From contig JBPOGI010000005.1 in NCBI GenBank assembly GCA_051251855.1, forward strand, positions 96,001-160,000: a stretch of DNA of 64,000 bases. The letters are read 5' to 3'. Origin of the DNA: Roseibacillus sp. GTDB taxonomy: Bacteria; Verrucomicrobiota; Verrucomicrobiia; Verrucomicrobiales; Akkermansiaceae. Numbering within the stretch: the first letter of the stretch is position 1; every line of letters begins with the position of its first letter. This document shows, in pieces, positions 48,556 through 58,704 of the stretch. The position numbers were made by a program, and so were the translations under genes. The notes under the pieces are model-generated. The model was given only the letters and a program-made list of their open reading frames with translations. It was not told the origin of the DNA and ran no database searches.

Positions 48556-48750
48556 TTAGTTTTTCGGATTGCTGGTTTTCAGTGGCTCCGGAGTGGGGAC
48601 GGGTGCGGTAACGGGCTCGTCGTCGAGAGGGAGGAGAGAGGTGTGTTCGAGGGAGTTCTTACGCGGCTTGATGATCTCGCAGGTAAAGCAGACGAGGAAG
48701 ATGACTGCGAGGATAAGAGAAACGAGGATGGTGAGAGCGAGAACGTCCAT
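48556..48750 (-). CDS. CcoS-like cbb3 maturation protein
   Basis: MDVLALTILVSLILAVIFLVCF...LLPLDD immediately upstream of ccoNO. Confidence 0.6.
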   Translation of the reverse strand: MDVLALTILVSLILAVIFLVCFTCEIIKPRKNSLEHTSLLPLDDEPVTAPVPTPEPLKTSNPKN

Positions 48751-48775
48751 GAGTAGCGGGATGAGTAGTAGTGGA

Positions 48776-49318
48776 CTATCGAACGATTGGCTTCGCGCTC
48801 GTTGCGAGAGGCTGCTCATTTTTTGCGGGAGAAGGGTCGCCTCCGCCGTCGATCCACTCGAGAAAGGCGTCACCAATGACACCGACTACCTTTTTAGAGT
48901 CGAAGCGTTTTTGGTTGAGGTGGAGGTGAAAGCTCTTGGTTTCGGGCTCTTTACAGGCGAGGCAGACTTGGAAGATATGTGGGTGGCCGGATGTTTGCTC
49001 AATGGTGCCCGGACCTTCGATGACGGAGCCGCCCATTTTGGCTAAAGTGAGAACGAGGTCTTCGTCTTCGGTGCGAAGCTGGTTGGCGAGGGGGCTGTTG
49101 CTGAGACGGCGAAGGAGTTTGTCGTCGAAAGCTTTCCAGGAAAGGGAGGGGAGATCGCCGAATTCGTTTAGATATTCTGCCAAGGGGGTGGCGATAGAAG
49201 GTTGGCAGGCGGGGCAGTTGACGTCGACCGCGATGGAATAGGCGGGGACGGCTAGCGCGGGTGGACGTTGTAAAATCCAGCGTGAGCAGTCGGTGAGTTC
49301 AGAAGGGAGAATTTCCAC
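48776..49318 (-). CDS. Hypothetical protein, weak cytidylate-kinase-like resemblance
   Basis: W.AFDDKLL, LAKMGGSVIEG, FHLHLN; no intact P-loop. Confidence 0.45.
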   Translation of the reverse strand: MEILPSELTDCSRWILQRPPALAVPAYSIAVDVNCPACQPSIATPLAEYLNEFGDLPSLSWKAFDDKLLRRLSNSPLANQLRTEDEDLVLTLAKMGGSVIEGPGTIEQTSGHPHIFQVCLACKEPETKSFHLHLNQKRFDSKKVVGVIGDAFLEWIDGGGDPSPAKNEQPLATSAKPIVR

Positions 49319-49519
49319 GAAGCAAGAAGCTATCGCTTAGGGCAAGCTTTGGCTTCGCATTGATTGTGGAAGGGTGTGCGTGATTTGCGGGGGAGGGAGC
49401 CCGAGGGTAGTTCGTTCAACGCGGAGTAGCCGCAGAGATTTTTTTAACCGTCGCAGATCGGGGTATGTAGAAGAGGGAGAGACAGGGCTTCCGTGCTGCT
49501 GGAAGCGTCAGCTACGATT

Positions 49520-50026
49520 TTAGTAGAGGGTTTTGCGAGGTTCGACGGGGGGCTTTTTGCCGTCGTTGGCGTCTTTGACTTTTTCGAAGTCGCCTTCCTC
49601 GCAGCAGCGGACGAAGCCTTCGGCATAGCACTTGAGTTTATCCCAGTGCATGCGGATGTCTTCGGATTCGTCACCGTCGATGGAGTTGTCGAGGGCGGCT
49701 TGGGAGATGCGGGTGAGGAGGACGGAGAATTGAGATACGATCTCGTTGGTGGCGGGGAGGTATTCGAAGCCTTTTTCGCAGGCTGAATCGGGATTGCGGA
49801 CAAAGTAGCCGCCGGACTGGGCGCAGATCCACTCCACGATGCGTGGGTCCTCGGTGAGACGGACGATTTCGAGGATACGGTCGAGGGGGTTGCGGGAGCC
49901 GGAACCGGTGGAGGATTGTTCCTGGGCCCACTTGTAGACGAGGGAAAGGGAGACCCCGAGCTCGGCGGCTACGGCTTTGGGTGAGGTTTCTTCAAACGCT
50001 TCCTTTAACACTTCGTGCGATTCCAT
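49520..50026 (-). CDS. Phage regulatory CII-like HTH protein
   Basis: ATG 50026; KAVAAELGVSLSLVYKW, NPLDR, GGYFV, D..ID..E. Confidence 0.7.
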   Translation of the reverse strand: MESHEVLKEAFEETSPKAVAAELGVSLSLVYKWAQEQSSTGSGSRNPLDRILEIVRLTEDPRIVEWICAQSGGYFVRNPDSACEKGFEYLPATNEIVSQFSVLLTRISQAALDNSIDGDESEDIRMHWDKLKCYAEGFVRCCEEGDFEKVKDANDGKKPPVEPRKTLY

Positions 50027-50082
50027 ATCTATGTATTTAGCGAGAAGGGGCGGCGGGGGGAAGCAAGTTTTCGTAGCCAAAG

Positions 50083-50116
50083 AAAAAGCCAACCCTCGGA
50101 TGAGGATTGGCTTTTT
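50083..50116. terminator. Rho-independent terminator after the FKBP gene
   Basis: AAAAAGCCAACCCTC-GGAT-GAGGATTGGCTTTTT. Confidence 0.75.
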
Positions 50117-50138
50117 GAAAAGAGGGTTGGGAGGTTGC

Positions 50139-50858
50139 CTATTCAGCAGCAGCTTCCGGCGCTTCAGCTTTGGTGATTTCGAGGAGCTCGACTTCGAAGA
50201 CGAGGGTCGCTCCAGGTCCAATTTTTGGTGGAGATCCTCTTTCGCCGTAGGCGAGGTCAGAAGGAATGGTGAATTTGAACTTAGAGCCGACGGACATGAG
50301 TTGCACGCCTTCGGTCCAGCCTTTGATGACTCCGTTGAGGGGGAAGTCGATGGGCTGCCCGCGATCGACTGAGCTGTCGAAGACGGTTCCGTCAGTAAGG
50401 GTGCCGTGGTAGTGAACTTTGACGGTGTCAGCGGCAGCGGGCTTGTCGCCTTCGGCTGCGGTGAGGACTTCGTATTGGAGGCCAGACTCGGTGGTGGTGA
50501 CTCCTTCGCGTTTTCCGTTTTCATCGAGGAAGGCTTTTCCGGCAGCAGCGTTCTCAGCAGCAGCGGCGGCAGCGGCAGCCTGTTGCTTGGCCTGCACCTC
50601 TTGTTGGAACTTCATCATCACGGCCTGGGCGTCGGCGTCGGCAATTTGTGACTCAGTGCCAGCGGAAGCTTCTTTGAGGCCAGCGTGGAGAAGATCGAGG
50701 TCGAGCTCAAGGCCGTCAGCCTTCATGCTTTCTCCGATATTACGACCAATGAGGTAGGATGCCTTTTGGGTGTCGGTTTCGAGGGTCAGGTCCTCGGCGA
50801 GGCCGAGGGGCGAAAAGGCGGCCACCATTAGGCCCGCTGTCAGGAATGATTTCATCAT
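50139..50858 (-). CDS. FKBP-type peptidyl-prolyl isomerase (FkpA/Mip-like)
   Basis: SYLIG, SGLQYEVL, VHYHGTL.DGTVFDSS, VIKGWTEG, LAYG, LVFEVEL. Confidence 0.95.
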   Translation of the reverse strand: MMKSFLTAGLMVAAFSPLGLAEDLTLETDTQKASYLIGRNIGESMKADGLELDLDLLHAGLKEASAGTESQIADADAQAVMMKFQQEVQAKQQAAAAAAAAENAAAGKAFLDENGKREGVTTTESGLQYEVLTAAEGDKPAAADTVKVHYHGTLTDGTVFDSSVDRGQPIDFPLNGVIKGWTEGVQLMSVGSKFKFTIPSDLAYGERGSPPKIGPGATLVFEVELLEITKAEAPEAAAE

Positions 50859-51039
50859 CGGCGGCACTTTCGGGGCGTTATGGGGGGCGGTCAAACCCTT
50901 ATCTGACCTTTTTCAGGAGATTTTCAGCGGGTTTTTGATGAGAAGAGAAGGTGCCGAGGGCTCTTGTTGGAGGAGGGCTTTTGTTGCAGAGAGCGACAAA
51001 AGGTTCGCCAAACTAGAGGAGAAAGAGTGCGATAACGGG

Positions 51040-51825
51040 GTGGGTGAGCCATTTTTAGAAATCGAGAAGGCGACGGTGTGGCAGGGTGATACAGAGGCTT
51101 TGCGTGGGGTCTCGTTGAACTTTCGTTTGGGGGAGAGTGTGGCGATTTTGGGGCCGAATGGGGCGGGGAAAAGCACTTTTCTGAAGTTGTTGACGGGGGA
51201 GTTGCGGCCGGCCGCAACGGAGGGGATGAGGTGTCGCTTATTTGGGGAGAAGTATTGGGATTTGGATACCTTGCGGGAGCGGGTGGGGATTGTGATGCCG
51301 GAGGAGGTGAGGCGTTTTCATCCGGAGGAGGCAGCGTTCGATGTGGTGTTGTCTTCCTTGCGAGGGGCTTATGGGCGGACGCGACAGATGCGGTTTTCGC
51401 AAGCGGATCGAGAGGCGGCGGTGAGGGCGATTGAGCGAGTGGGGATGGGTGGGTGTATTGAAAAGGATTTTGGTGGGTTGTCGTCGGGGGAGCAGCGTCG
51501 CTTTCTGATTGCGCGGGCGCTGGTGCACGAGCCGGAGGTGATTGTGCTCGATGAGCCTTCGACGGCGTTAGACTTTTCGGCGGCGCTGACGTTGAGCGAG
51601 CTTTTGCGAGGGTTGGCGCGAGAGGGACAGACGCTGGTGTGGGTGACCCATCATCCGGGAGAGATTCCTCCGGAGGTTCAGCGGGTTGTTCTCCTGAAGG
51701 AGGGGAAGGTTTTTCGAGATGGGAAAAAGGAGCAGGTGATCGCGAGTGGGTGTTTGAGTGAGCTCTACGGCTTATCGTTGAAGGTGGCGTGGAATAAAGG
51801 TTGGTGTCAGGCGCGGGTAGCGTGA
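51040..51825 (+). CDS. ABC transporter ATP-binding protein (ModF-like)
   Basis: GPNGAGKS, LSSGEQRR, LDEP, VTHH; GTG 51040. Confidence 0.9.
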   Translation: MGEPFLEIEKATVWQGDTEALRGVSLNFRLGESVAILGPNGAGKSTFLKLLTGELRPAATEGMRCRLFGEKYWDLDTLRERVGIVMPEEVRRFHPEEAAFDVVLSSLRGAYGRTRQMRFSQADREAAVRAIERVGMGGCIEKDFGGLSSGEQRRFLIARALVHEPEVIVLDEPSTALDFSAALTLSELLRGLAREGQTLVWVTHHPGEIPPEVQRVVLLKEGKVFRDGKKEQVIASGCLSELYGLSLKVAWNKGWCQARVA

Positions 51826-51936
51826 GTTTATGCTATTTCTCGTAGTCGGAGGTTGGGATGCTTCGCCGTAGCATCCGCTTCTTGAGTAGTCAGAGTCTGG
51901 CTCTTTGCGGACTTCTCGGCGAGACGTCCCTACCGT

Positions 51937-52791
51937 TTAGAGGATGTCGGAGACGAAGCTTTCGCGTTGGAAGGGCTGGAACTTGTTGGGTTCCTCGCCG
52001 GTGCCGATGAAGAGGGGAGTGATGCCGAGTTCCTGCTGGATGGAGACGGCAATGCCGCCTTTGCCGGAGCCGTCGAGCTTGGTGACAATGAGGCCGTCGA
52101 GTTTGGCTGCTTTGTTAAATTCTTTCGCTTGTGCAAGGGCGTTGGAGCCGGTGCTGGCATCGACGACGAGGATCGTTTTGTGGGGGGCGGTTTCGTCTTG
52201 CTTGGAGAGGGTGCGGCGGATTTTGCCGAGTTCTTCCATGAGGTTGTGACGGGTGTGGAGGCGGCCGGCGGTGTCGCAGATGAGGTATTCGGCACCCTCG
52301 GCAATGGCGGCTTCGTGTGCTTTGTAGCAGACGGAGGCGGGGTCGGCTTGGTGTTGTCCGACGGTGATGGGGAGATCGAGACGCTGAGCCCAAGATTGAA
52401 GTTGTTCGACGGCGGCGGCACGGAAGGTGTCGGCAGCTGCGACGCGAACGGTGTGACCGTAGACGCTGAGGAGGTGGCCGAGTTTGGCGGTGGAAGTGGT
52501 TTTACCGGTGCCGTTGACACCGACGATGAGAAGGACGGTAGGTTTGCCGGATTCTTGCAGGGCGGGGGGGAAGGCTTGATCTTCGGGAAAGACTTTGGAG
52601 ATGTGGCCGCGGGTGGTGGTGACGACGTCTTCGGCGGTGATATCGCGACCGAGTCCGCGCAACTCGTCGACAATGGTCATGGTGAGCCGGGGGCCGAGGT
52701 CGGCGGCGATGAGGTCGGCCTCGAGTTCGTCCCAGTCGATCTCGGCCTTGTTGGTGACTTTGTTGAAGAGATTTTTGAAGAAGCCTGCCAT
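51937..52791 (-). CDS. ftsY: Signal recognition particle receptor FtsY (short NG-only form)
   Basis: GVNGTGKTTS, DTFRAAAVEQL, DTAGR, TKLDGSGKGG. Confidence 0.96.
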   Translation of the reverse strand: MAGFFKNLFNKVTNKAEIDWDELEADLIAADLGPRLTMTIVDELRGLGRDITAEDVVTTTRGHISKVFPEDQAFPPALQESGKPTVLLIVGVNGTGKTTSTAKLGHLLSVYGHTVRVAAADTFRAAAVEQLQSWAQRLDLPITVGQHQADPASVCYKAHEAAIAEGAEYLICDTAGRLHTRHNLMEELGKIRRTLSKQDETAPHKTILVVDASTGSNALAQAKEFNKAAKLDGLIVTKLDGSGKGGIAVSIQQELGITPLFIGTGEEPNKFQPFQRESFVSDIL

Positions 52792-52931
52792 GTGGGGGGA
52801 GCCTCTTGAATCCAGAGTCCAGAGTCCAGACTTGGTTTGGAGAATGTGGGGGAGGGGTATTTTTAACCGCAGAGTCGCAGAGGACGCTGAGGAACGCGGA
52901 GTTAAGAAAAATGAGTTTTTTTGAGGTTGGG

Positions 52932-53047
52932 ACTGGGAGCGCTGGTCTTTTACCGGCCCCGTTGGCTCGTTGTTTCGGACCGTTGTTTCGGACCGGTGGG
53001 GCCCCGACTCTGTCGGGGGAACCCGGTCGAAGACCAGCGCTCCCAGT
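52932..53047. repeat. REPIN-like inverted repeat doublet
   Basis: ACTGGGAGCGCTGGTCTT (52932-52949) and AAGACCAGCGCTCCCAGT (53030-53047); internal CGTTGTTTCGGAC tandem. Confidence 0.8.
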
Positions 53048-53056
53048 GGACGATTC

Positions 53057-53815
53057 TTATTTACTCAGTTCTTTGCGAAGGGCGCCGGGGCGGTCGGTGG
53101 TGATGGTTTGAGTGCAGTAGCCGACGAAGCGGCGGGCGGTTTTGGCATCGTTGATGGTCCAGACGTGGTGAGAGTAGCCGGCACTACGGAGGCGATTGAC
53201 GAACTTTTTGTTTACGGCGCGATGGGTGTTGGTGGAGAGGCCGTCGGCTCCGGTGGCTTTGAGCAGGGCGAGGGTTTTGTCGGCGGAGGGAGAAAGGCCC
53301 CAGCGCTTGCGGTTGTGGGAGATGATGAGGCTGGTGTAGCAATCGGGGCAGGCTTTTTTCCAGGCAGTGACGAAGTCGGCATCGAAGGAGATAACGACGA
53401 TTTGGTCGGGTTGGAGGCTGCTCGCGGCGAGAGCTTTTTTAAGAGGAGCGACCATTTCGGGTCCGGTTTTGACCTCGATGAAGATTTTCTTCTTCTCGGG
53501 AATGGTGGCGAGGACTTGTGCGAGAGTGGGGATGCGGGTGCCGGCGAATTTCTTGCTCTTCCAGCTGCCGACATCAAGGGCTTGCAGTTGAGCGAGGGTG
53601 GATTGGGCGACGGAGAGCTTTTTGCTGGAGACTTTCTCGGTGTCTTCGTCGTGAATGCAGACAATGTGGCCGTCTTTGGTAAGCTGAAAGTCGCCTTCAA
53701 TGGCGTCGGCTCCTTGCTGCCAAGCGAGTTCGAATGCGGGCAGGGTGTTCTCGGGGGCATCGGCAGAAGCTCCGCGGTGGGCGACGATGAAGAAGGCGAT
53801 GATGAGTTCGACCAT
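53057..53815 (-). CDS. Glycerophosphodiester phosphodiesterase family protein
   Basis: AHRGAS..APENTL.AF, IEGD..LTKDG, HD, IEVK, VWTIND, TDRP. Confidence 0.92.
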   Translation of the reverse strand: MVELIIAFFIVAHRGASADAPENTLPAFELAWQQGADAIEGDFQLTKDGHIVCIHDEDTEKVSSKKLSVAQSTLAQLQALDVGSWKSKKFAGTRIPTLAQVLATIPEKKKIFIEVKTGPEMVAPLKKALAASSLQPDQIVVISFDADFVTAWKKACPDCYTSLIISHNRKRWGLSPSADKTLALLKATGADGLSTNTHRAVNKKFVNRLRSAGYSHHVWTINDAKTARRFVGYCTQTITTDRPGALRKELSK

Positions 53816-53902
53816 GATGTAGGAGCGAGGGTGGACTGGGTTTTGGGCAAAAAAATGGAAATTTTTGTCACCTCATAGGGGTGGGTTTGCTCTTCTCAGG
53901 TA

Positions 53903-56557
53903 ATGGCAACTGGTGTGGATGAGGTTCGTGAGCTGGCTTTGGTGCAAAAAGCGCGAGGCGGGGATGAGCGTGCCTTTGTGGAATTGGTGGGAGTCTATCA
54001 GAATCTGGTGACCTCGGTGACGCTATCGGTATTGGGGGAACGGACCTTGAGCGAGGATGCGGCGCAGGAGGCTTTTGTGCGGGCGTGGAAGAGCTTGGGA
54101 CAGTTGCGGGAGGAGAAAAAGTTTCGGCCCTGGCTCATGGCAATCGCACGGCGCAGTGCTTTGCGGATGCTCTCGGAGCGGAAGGGGACGAAGGTAAATT
54201 TAGTGGGTGAAGAAGAGTCGGGGCCAAGGCCTGATGAGTTGGCGGCGCGGAGTGATGACTTGGAGTTGGTGATGTCGAGCTTGGCGGGTTTGCCGGAGAA
54301 GTATCGCCTGCCGATGATTTTGTTTTATCGTGAAGGAGAGTCGGTGGCAGTGGTGGCGGCGAAATTGGATTTGCGACCAGATGCGGTGAAGCAGCGTTTG
54401 AAGCGGGGGAGGGATTTATTGCGGGAGAAGGTGGAGTCGCGGATGGCGCGAGCCTTACGCATGTCGGCTCCGGGGACTGTGTTTACAGTGGGGGTTGCGA
54501 CGATGGTTTCTCAGGTGGGGGGTGCCGGGACGGCGGTTGCTGCGGGAGCGGCAGGAAAAGTTTTTGTCACCTCGGGCTCGGCAGCAGGCACTTCATCAGT
54601 AGCCAGTGGGGCGACGATGATGAGTTCGAAATTTTCTACTATTACAGCAGTAGCAGTGGTGCTCGTGGCAGTGCCAGTGGGCTATGGAGTGCGGGAAGCC
54701 ATTACACAAGGAGAGCCGAGTAAGGCGGTAGTGCCTTCGGTTGTTAGAGAGAGGGACGCGGGGGCGTTGGAGGTGCTTCGCAAGAGGCCGCTACCCCCTA
54801 GCCAAGTGGTGGATGAATGGGAGCGGCTGTTAGAGGCGCACGGGAGGACTGGGGCTGGGATGGCGGCCATCCATGAAGAAGTGAGTGAGTTAGAGGTGGG
54901 CTTTGTGCGGAAGGCGTTGAGGAGTGTTGTGGTTACGGAGTGGGTAAGGTTAGATGCGAGGGGAGGCTTTGAGGCGCTCTTCAACGGTCGGGATAGGGAG
55001 AGTAGATACCTGTTTCTGGAAGAGTGGATGAAGGCGAATCCAAGCGAGGCTTTGGAGGCTACGGTGTCTTGGGTGAAGGCTGATTCGGACCGGATGTTTC
55101 CGTTAGGAGCGGCGCTCATCCTAGCGGAAAGGTCGCCGGAACTTTTTATGGATGCTTTGTTGCAGCTACCCGACCAGCTGGCATCGAGTGGTTCGGCCAC
55201 TGAAGGGTTGGCTCTGATTGCGAGTCAAAGACCCTTAGAGTTAAGGGATGTCGCTATGAGGCTGGACGAAGGTCCCCGGCGGGAGGTGCTGGCGCCGGCG
55301 TTGAAGGGTTGGGGGGAGTTCGCTCCGTTGGCGGCCTTAGATTGGATCAAGTCGAATGAGGCCGAGGACGAAAGGATTCAATCGAATCGGTTCTTTTGGG
55401 TGACTGAGGGGTGGTCTAAAGAAAGGCCGAGGGAATTCTTAGCAAAATTGAATTCGATTTGTGAGGCAGGTCCGAAGGGGTGGAAACGGGAGGTTCTTTA
55501 TTCGAGGCTGGCGACGATGGCTCTGGCGGAGTTGGCGAAGGAAGACTTGGAGGAAGCTTTCCGCTGGTGGGGAAAGCATAGAGATGAAGTGAGTATCAAT
55601 CAGGGCCATCATAAGATGACTGCTGTCATTCGTGAGGAGGTGACTCGCAATCCTAGAAGAATGATTGGGATTTTGGATGAGTATGATTTGTTAGCTGAAA
55701 CAAGAACCTTGTTTAATAACACGGGGAACACTTCTGATTTGGGTGCCAAGTGGCAGGAGTTAGGGGAAGCGGTGAAAGAGGTGGAGCGGAGTGGTGGGCG
55801 GGATCGGTTAGTGAGGTCGGTGGCGTTGGAGTTGCAGGAGCGCTCTCCTGATGAGGCGATCGCTTTTGTAGAACTTGCCGATGGAGGGCTAAAGGATTCG
55901 TGGGCTAGAAAAAGCGTGGCAAGCAAAATGGTGGGGCAGGATGTGAATTTGAAACGGGTCGAGGAGTTGGTCCGGAAATTTCCTAAGTGGAGAAACGACT
56001 TTCAAGCGGAGGGGTTGCAGAAGGTCTTAGTGAAGAGTCGAGAGAGCTGGGGTGAGTTGAATTATCGGGAATGGATTCCCATGTTTGAGGAATTGGCTGC
56101 AAGGGATTACTTTGAGGGGTTCAATGACTATCAGCCCTTTATGCTTCATTTTGGAGGGCCCTATCTGGCGGAGGAGCCAGAGGCTGCCTTGAGTTGGATG
56201 CACGGAGTGATGGAGGGGCGAATGGACGCAAATATTGAGGACAATTTTGTGGGGCAGGCTATCGGAATGTGGCTGAAGGAGGAGCCAGAGCGAGCGATGG
56301 CTTGGGCTTCTGAAAAAGGTCTCGAGACGTTTTCGGATGAAGTGTTGGATGGAATGACTTGGGGGGTGGAACGAGAGGAAGTGGGCTTGCCGTTCTTCTG
56401 GAAGATTTTTGAGGCATCTGAGCCGGGAGGGAGCAGAGTCAATATGGTATACTCGCTGGTAGAAGACCTTGGAGTTGAGAAAGTGCGCGCGGGCCTGGAG
56501 GGAATTGAGTTGACGGCAAAGGAGCAAGCAATAGTGGAGGTTTTTTTGAAACGATGA
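53903..56557 (+). CDS. ECF sigma factor with TM and long C-terminal extension
   Basis: SEDAAQEAF, FRPWL..IAR, LPEKYR, VKQRLKRGR; Ala/Gly linker, TM, then helical W..xP..A..W repeats. Confidence 0.85.
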   Translation: MATGVDEVRELALVQKARGGDERAFVELVGVYQNLVTSVTLSVLGERTLSEDAAQEAFVRAWKSLGQLREEKKFRPWLMAIARRSALRMLSERKGTKVNLVGEEESGPRPDELAARSDDLELVMSSLAGLPEKYRLPMILFYREGESVAVVAAKLDLRPDAVKQRLKRGRDLLREKVESRMARALRMSAPGTVFTVGVATMVSQVGGAGTAVAAGAAGKVFVTSGSAAGTSSVASGATMMSSKFSTITAVAVVLVAVPVGYGVREAITQGEPSKAVVPSVVRERDAGALEVLRKRPLPPSQVVDEWERLLEAHGRTGAGMAAIHEEVSELEVGFVRKALRSVVVTEWVRLDARGGFEALFNGRDRESRYLFLEEWMKANPSEALEATVSWVKADSDRMFPLGAALILAERSPELFMDALLQLPDQLASSGSATEGLALIASQRPLELRDVAMRLDEGPRREVLAPALKGWGEFAPLAALDWIKSNEAEDERIQSNRFFWVTEGWSKERPREFLAKLNSICEAGPKGWKREVLYSRLATMALAELAKEDLEEAFRWWGKHRDEVSINQGHHKMTAVIREEVTRNPRRMIGILDEYDLLAETRTLFNNTGNTSDLGAKWQELGEAVKEVERSGGRDRLVRSVALELQERSPDEAIAFVELADGGLKDSWARKSVASKMVGQDVNLKRVEELVRKFPKWRNDFQAEGLQKVLVKSRESWGELNYREWIPMFEELAARDYFEGFNDYQPFMLHFGGPYLAEEPEAALSWMHGVMEGRMDANIEDNFVGQAIGMWLKEEPERAMAWASEKGLETFSDEVLDGMTWGVEREEVGLPFFWKIFEASEPGGSRVNMVYSLVEDLGVEKVRAGLEGIELTAKEQAIVEVFLKR

Positions 56558-58287
56558 GAGCGTTCTTCATGGGAAATCAGGGGAGGTTCTTACTCTTGGG
56601 ATTGCTGGCTTTGGCGGTTGGTTATTTTTGGAGTCTGGTGGGGAGTGAGAGCCGAATCGGTGCAAGCGGAAAGAGAGTGGCTGCCACTAAGTCGGAGTCA
56701 GGTAAAAAGAGTGGTCAGCGGAGTTCGGTGATTCAAGGGCTGACGCGTTTGCAGCGGTCCGAAGGAGGTGGGGAGAATTGGCTGCGCTGGGTGGCAGAGT
56801 TGGAGAACGCGGAGCAGGCTGATATGCTGCGCTTTCTTGAGCATCTCCCGGAGCGCAGTGGGTTGGCACTGGATTTATTGGTCGAGCGTTGGATGGAGTT
56901 GGGGCCTGAAGAGGCTTTCGAGTATTTAGCCAAGCGCTTCGAGGATGGTGAGATGGAGATGGAGTATAACGGAAACGAGATGCAGCTTTCGCGTAAATTA
57001 GTTCGACTGTGGGCTGAGCGGGATGTGGAAGAAGCATTGGCGGCGGTTGAGGGCGTGGAAGCCTTTCCTCATTTGGAGCGGATTTATCGGGATTTGATGG
57101 TACGGTTGTGCAAAGTCGATCCAGAGCGTGGATTACGCTTTGCCCTCAAGCAGGGACTGAATCGGGGTGGCTATGCTTTTTCGCTGGGAGGGAAGGAGCT
57201 GAGGCAGCTGATTGATAAAGATCCTAAGATGGCGGGAGAATTGATATTCAAATGGAGCGAAAGGACTACAGAGGAGGCGAGGAGTGAGCTGGTTAAAAGG
57301 TGGGGAGAGAACAATCCCATGGAAGCGATTCGCTTTGGTTTGGAGCGAGGAGATTCGATTGGGGGAACTTTTGCGGATGAGGTCTTTGTGGCGTGGGCTC
57401 AGAAGGACTATGAGGGTGCTTCGGCTTGGGTGGCGGAAGAGGCGAGTGACGAGGAGGCGGACTTGTTTATCGCTCCTCTGGTGGATGTGTGGGGTAAAAA
57501 AGAGCCAGTGACGGCGTTGAAGTGGGCGGAAGAGCAGTTGACAGAATCTGCTTTGGAAGAGTCGGTGACGCGTTTGGTTGTTGGTGCCATTGACCGCAAG
57601 GATGTCAATGCAGGCGAATTGCTGCAGATTGTGGAGTCGCGGGAGCTTCATCAACAGGCGGCGGAGGCCTTGGCCAAGGAGTTGCGAGAAGTGAGTAATC
57701 GAAGCTCGGACAGGAATCGGGAGAAGCTGTTAGAGAAGCTAGCGTGGTTTGATCATATCACCGATGCAAAGACTTTGAACGGGGTGTTCGCTGACCTGAT
57801 GAGTGTGGCTAGGCAGACAAATTCGGAGTGGCTGGAAGACTTTGTGCGGAGTGAGAGAATGGGTGCTTTGGACCGCAATCATGCGCCTTTGGTGCTGTGG
57901 GAACTCGCTGATGCAAAAGACTTTGAGAAGAGCTTGGATATGGTGGAGTTCGTAGCCGAGAAGCATCGTGACGAGTGTTTTACCGGCATGGTGGAGAGGT
58001 GGTTTTCGCGGGAACCGGAAAAGTCTTCCGCTTGGTTGGAGAAGAAGGGGGTGACTCCGATTCAGCGGAGTATGTTGAGTGAAATGATGGTGCAGAGGTT
58101 CTTTTCGGGAGTGGCTGAGGATGACTTGAAGGCGATTCGGGAGAAGGCTCAGACTTATCCTGAATTCATGAAGGAGTTCGTTCGCGAAGGCGTTAGAAAA
58201 CATCAGATGTTGGCAGAGGAGGAAGGTTACGATGATGAGGCTTCCCCCCAGATGATGAAGGATGTTCTACAGGCGCTCTCTGAGTGA
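56554..58287 (+). CDS. Hypothetical membrane-anchored helical-repeat protein
   Basis: N-terminal TM; repeated W...(D/E)P..A..W units; ATGA overlap with the ECF gene. Confidence 0.75.
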   Translation: MRAFFMGNQGRFLLLGLLALAVGYFWSLVGSESRIGASGKRVAATKSESGKKSGQRSSVIQGLTRLQRSEGGGENWLRWVAELENAEQADMLRFLEHLPERSGLALDLLVERWMELGPEEAFEYLAKRFEDGEMEMEYNGNEMQLSRKLVRLWAERDVEEALAAVEGVEAFPHLERIYRDLMVRLCKVDPERGLRFALKQGLNRGGYAFSLGGKELRQLIDKDPKMAGELIFKWSERTTEEARSELVKRWGENNPMEAIRFGLERGDSIGGTFADEVFVAWAQKDYEGASAWVAEEASDEEADLFIAPLVDVWGKKEPVTALKWAEEQLTESALEESVTRLVVGAIDRKDVNAGELLQIVESRELHQQAAEALAKELREVSNRSSDRNREKLLEKLAWFDHITDAKTLNGVFADLMSVARQTNSEWLEDFVRSERMGALDRNHAPLVLWELADAKDFEKSLDMVEFVAEKHRDECFTGMVERWFSREPEKSSAWLEKKGVTPIQRSMLSEMMVQRFFSGVAEDDLKAIREKAQTYPEFMKEFVREGVRKHQMLAEEEGYDDEASPQMMKDVLQALSE

Positions 58288-58387
58288 AGGTTTGGCGGGG
58301 GACGAGTTCAAATGTTCTAAGGGAGGGGAGATGGAGAGTTTTTTTGTCCTTGGCTTATGGTGTCTTCGTTGCTGATGTTTTGAGGTT

Positions 58388-58618
58388 ATGAAAAAGGTCG
58401 TCTTAGTTTGCTTTTGCCTAGGATTGGTGGGGTGTGCAATGATGGACAAGCCTTCTGAGAAGGTGGAAAGTCCTCAGGTGTTTAAAAATGTGGACGGACA
58501 TTGGTCCTTTGAGAATGAGAGTCAGGTCAAGAAGCGGAAGAAAAAGAGTGACTGGGTCAAAGTGGAAGAGGCTCTTCAGCAACAGCGGAACCAGTTACCA
58601 AATTCGGAATATCACTGA
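58388..58618 (+). CDS. Small lipoprotein
   Basis: MKKVVLVCFCLGLVGC lipobox. Confidence 0.65.
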   Translation: MKKVVLVCFCLGLVGCAMMDKPSEKVESPQVFKNVDGHWSFENESQVKKRKKKSDWVKVEEALQQQRNQLPNSEYH

Positions 58619-58648
58619 GAATGGGATGAGGGCTTGATGTCGGGGCAT

Positions 58649-58677
58649 AAAAAAGAGCGGCTGGATAGCCGCTCTTT
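58649..58677 (-). terminator. Rho-independent terminator between convergent genes
   Basis: AAAAAAGAGCGGCT-GGAT-AGCCGCTCTTT. Confidence 0.85.
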
Positions 58678-58704
58678 CGAAAGATGAGAGTGAAGGGAGG
58701 AAGA

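Noticed and set aside
49520..50524. Prophage around the CII-like gene, and the 334-aa version of this ORF
   Set aside because: No integrase or structural genes; the extension overlaps the FKBP gene and its terminator
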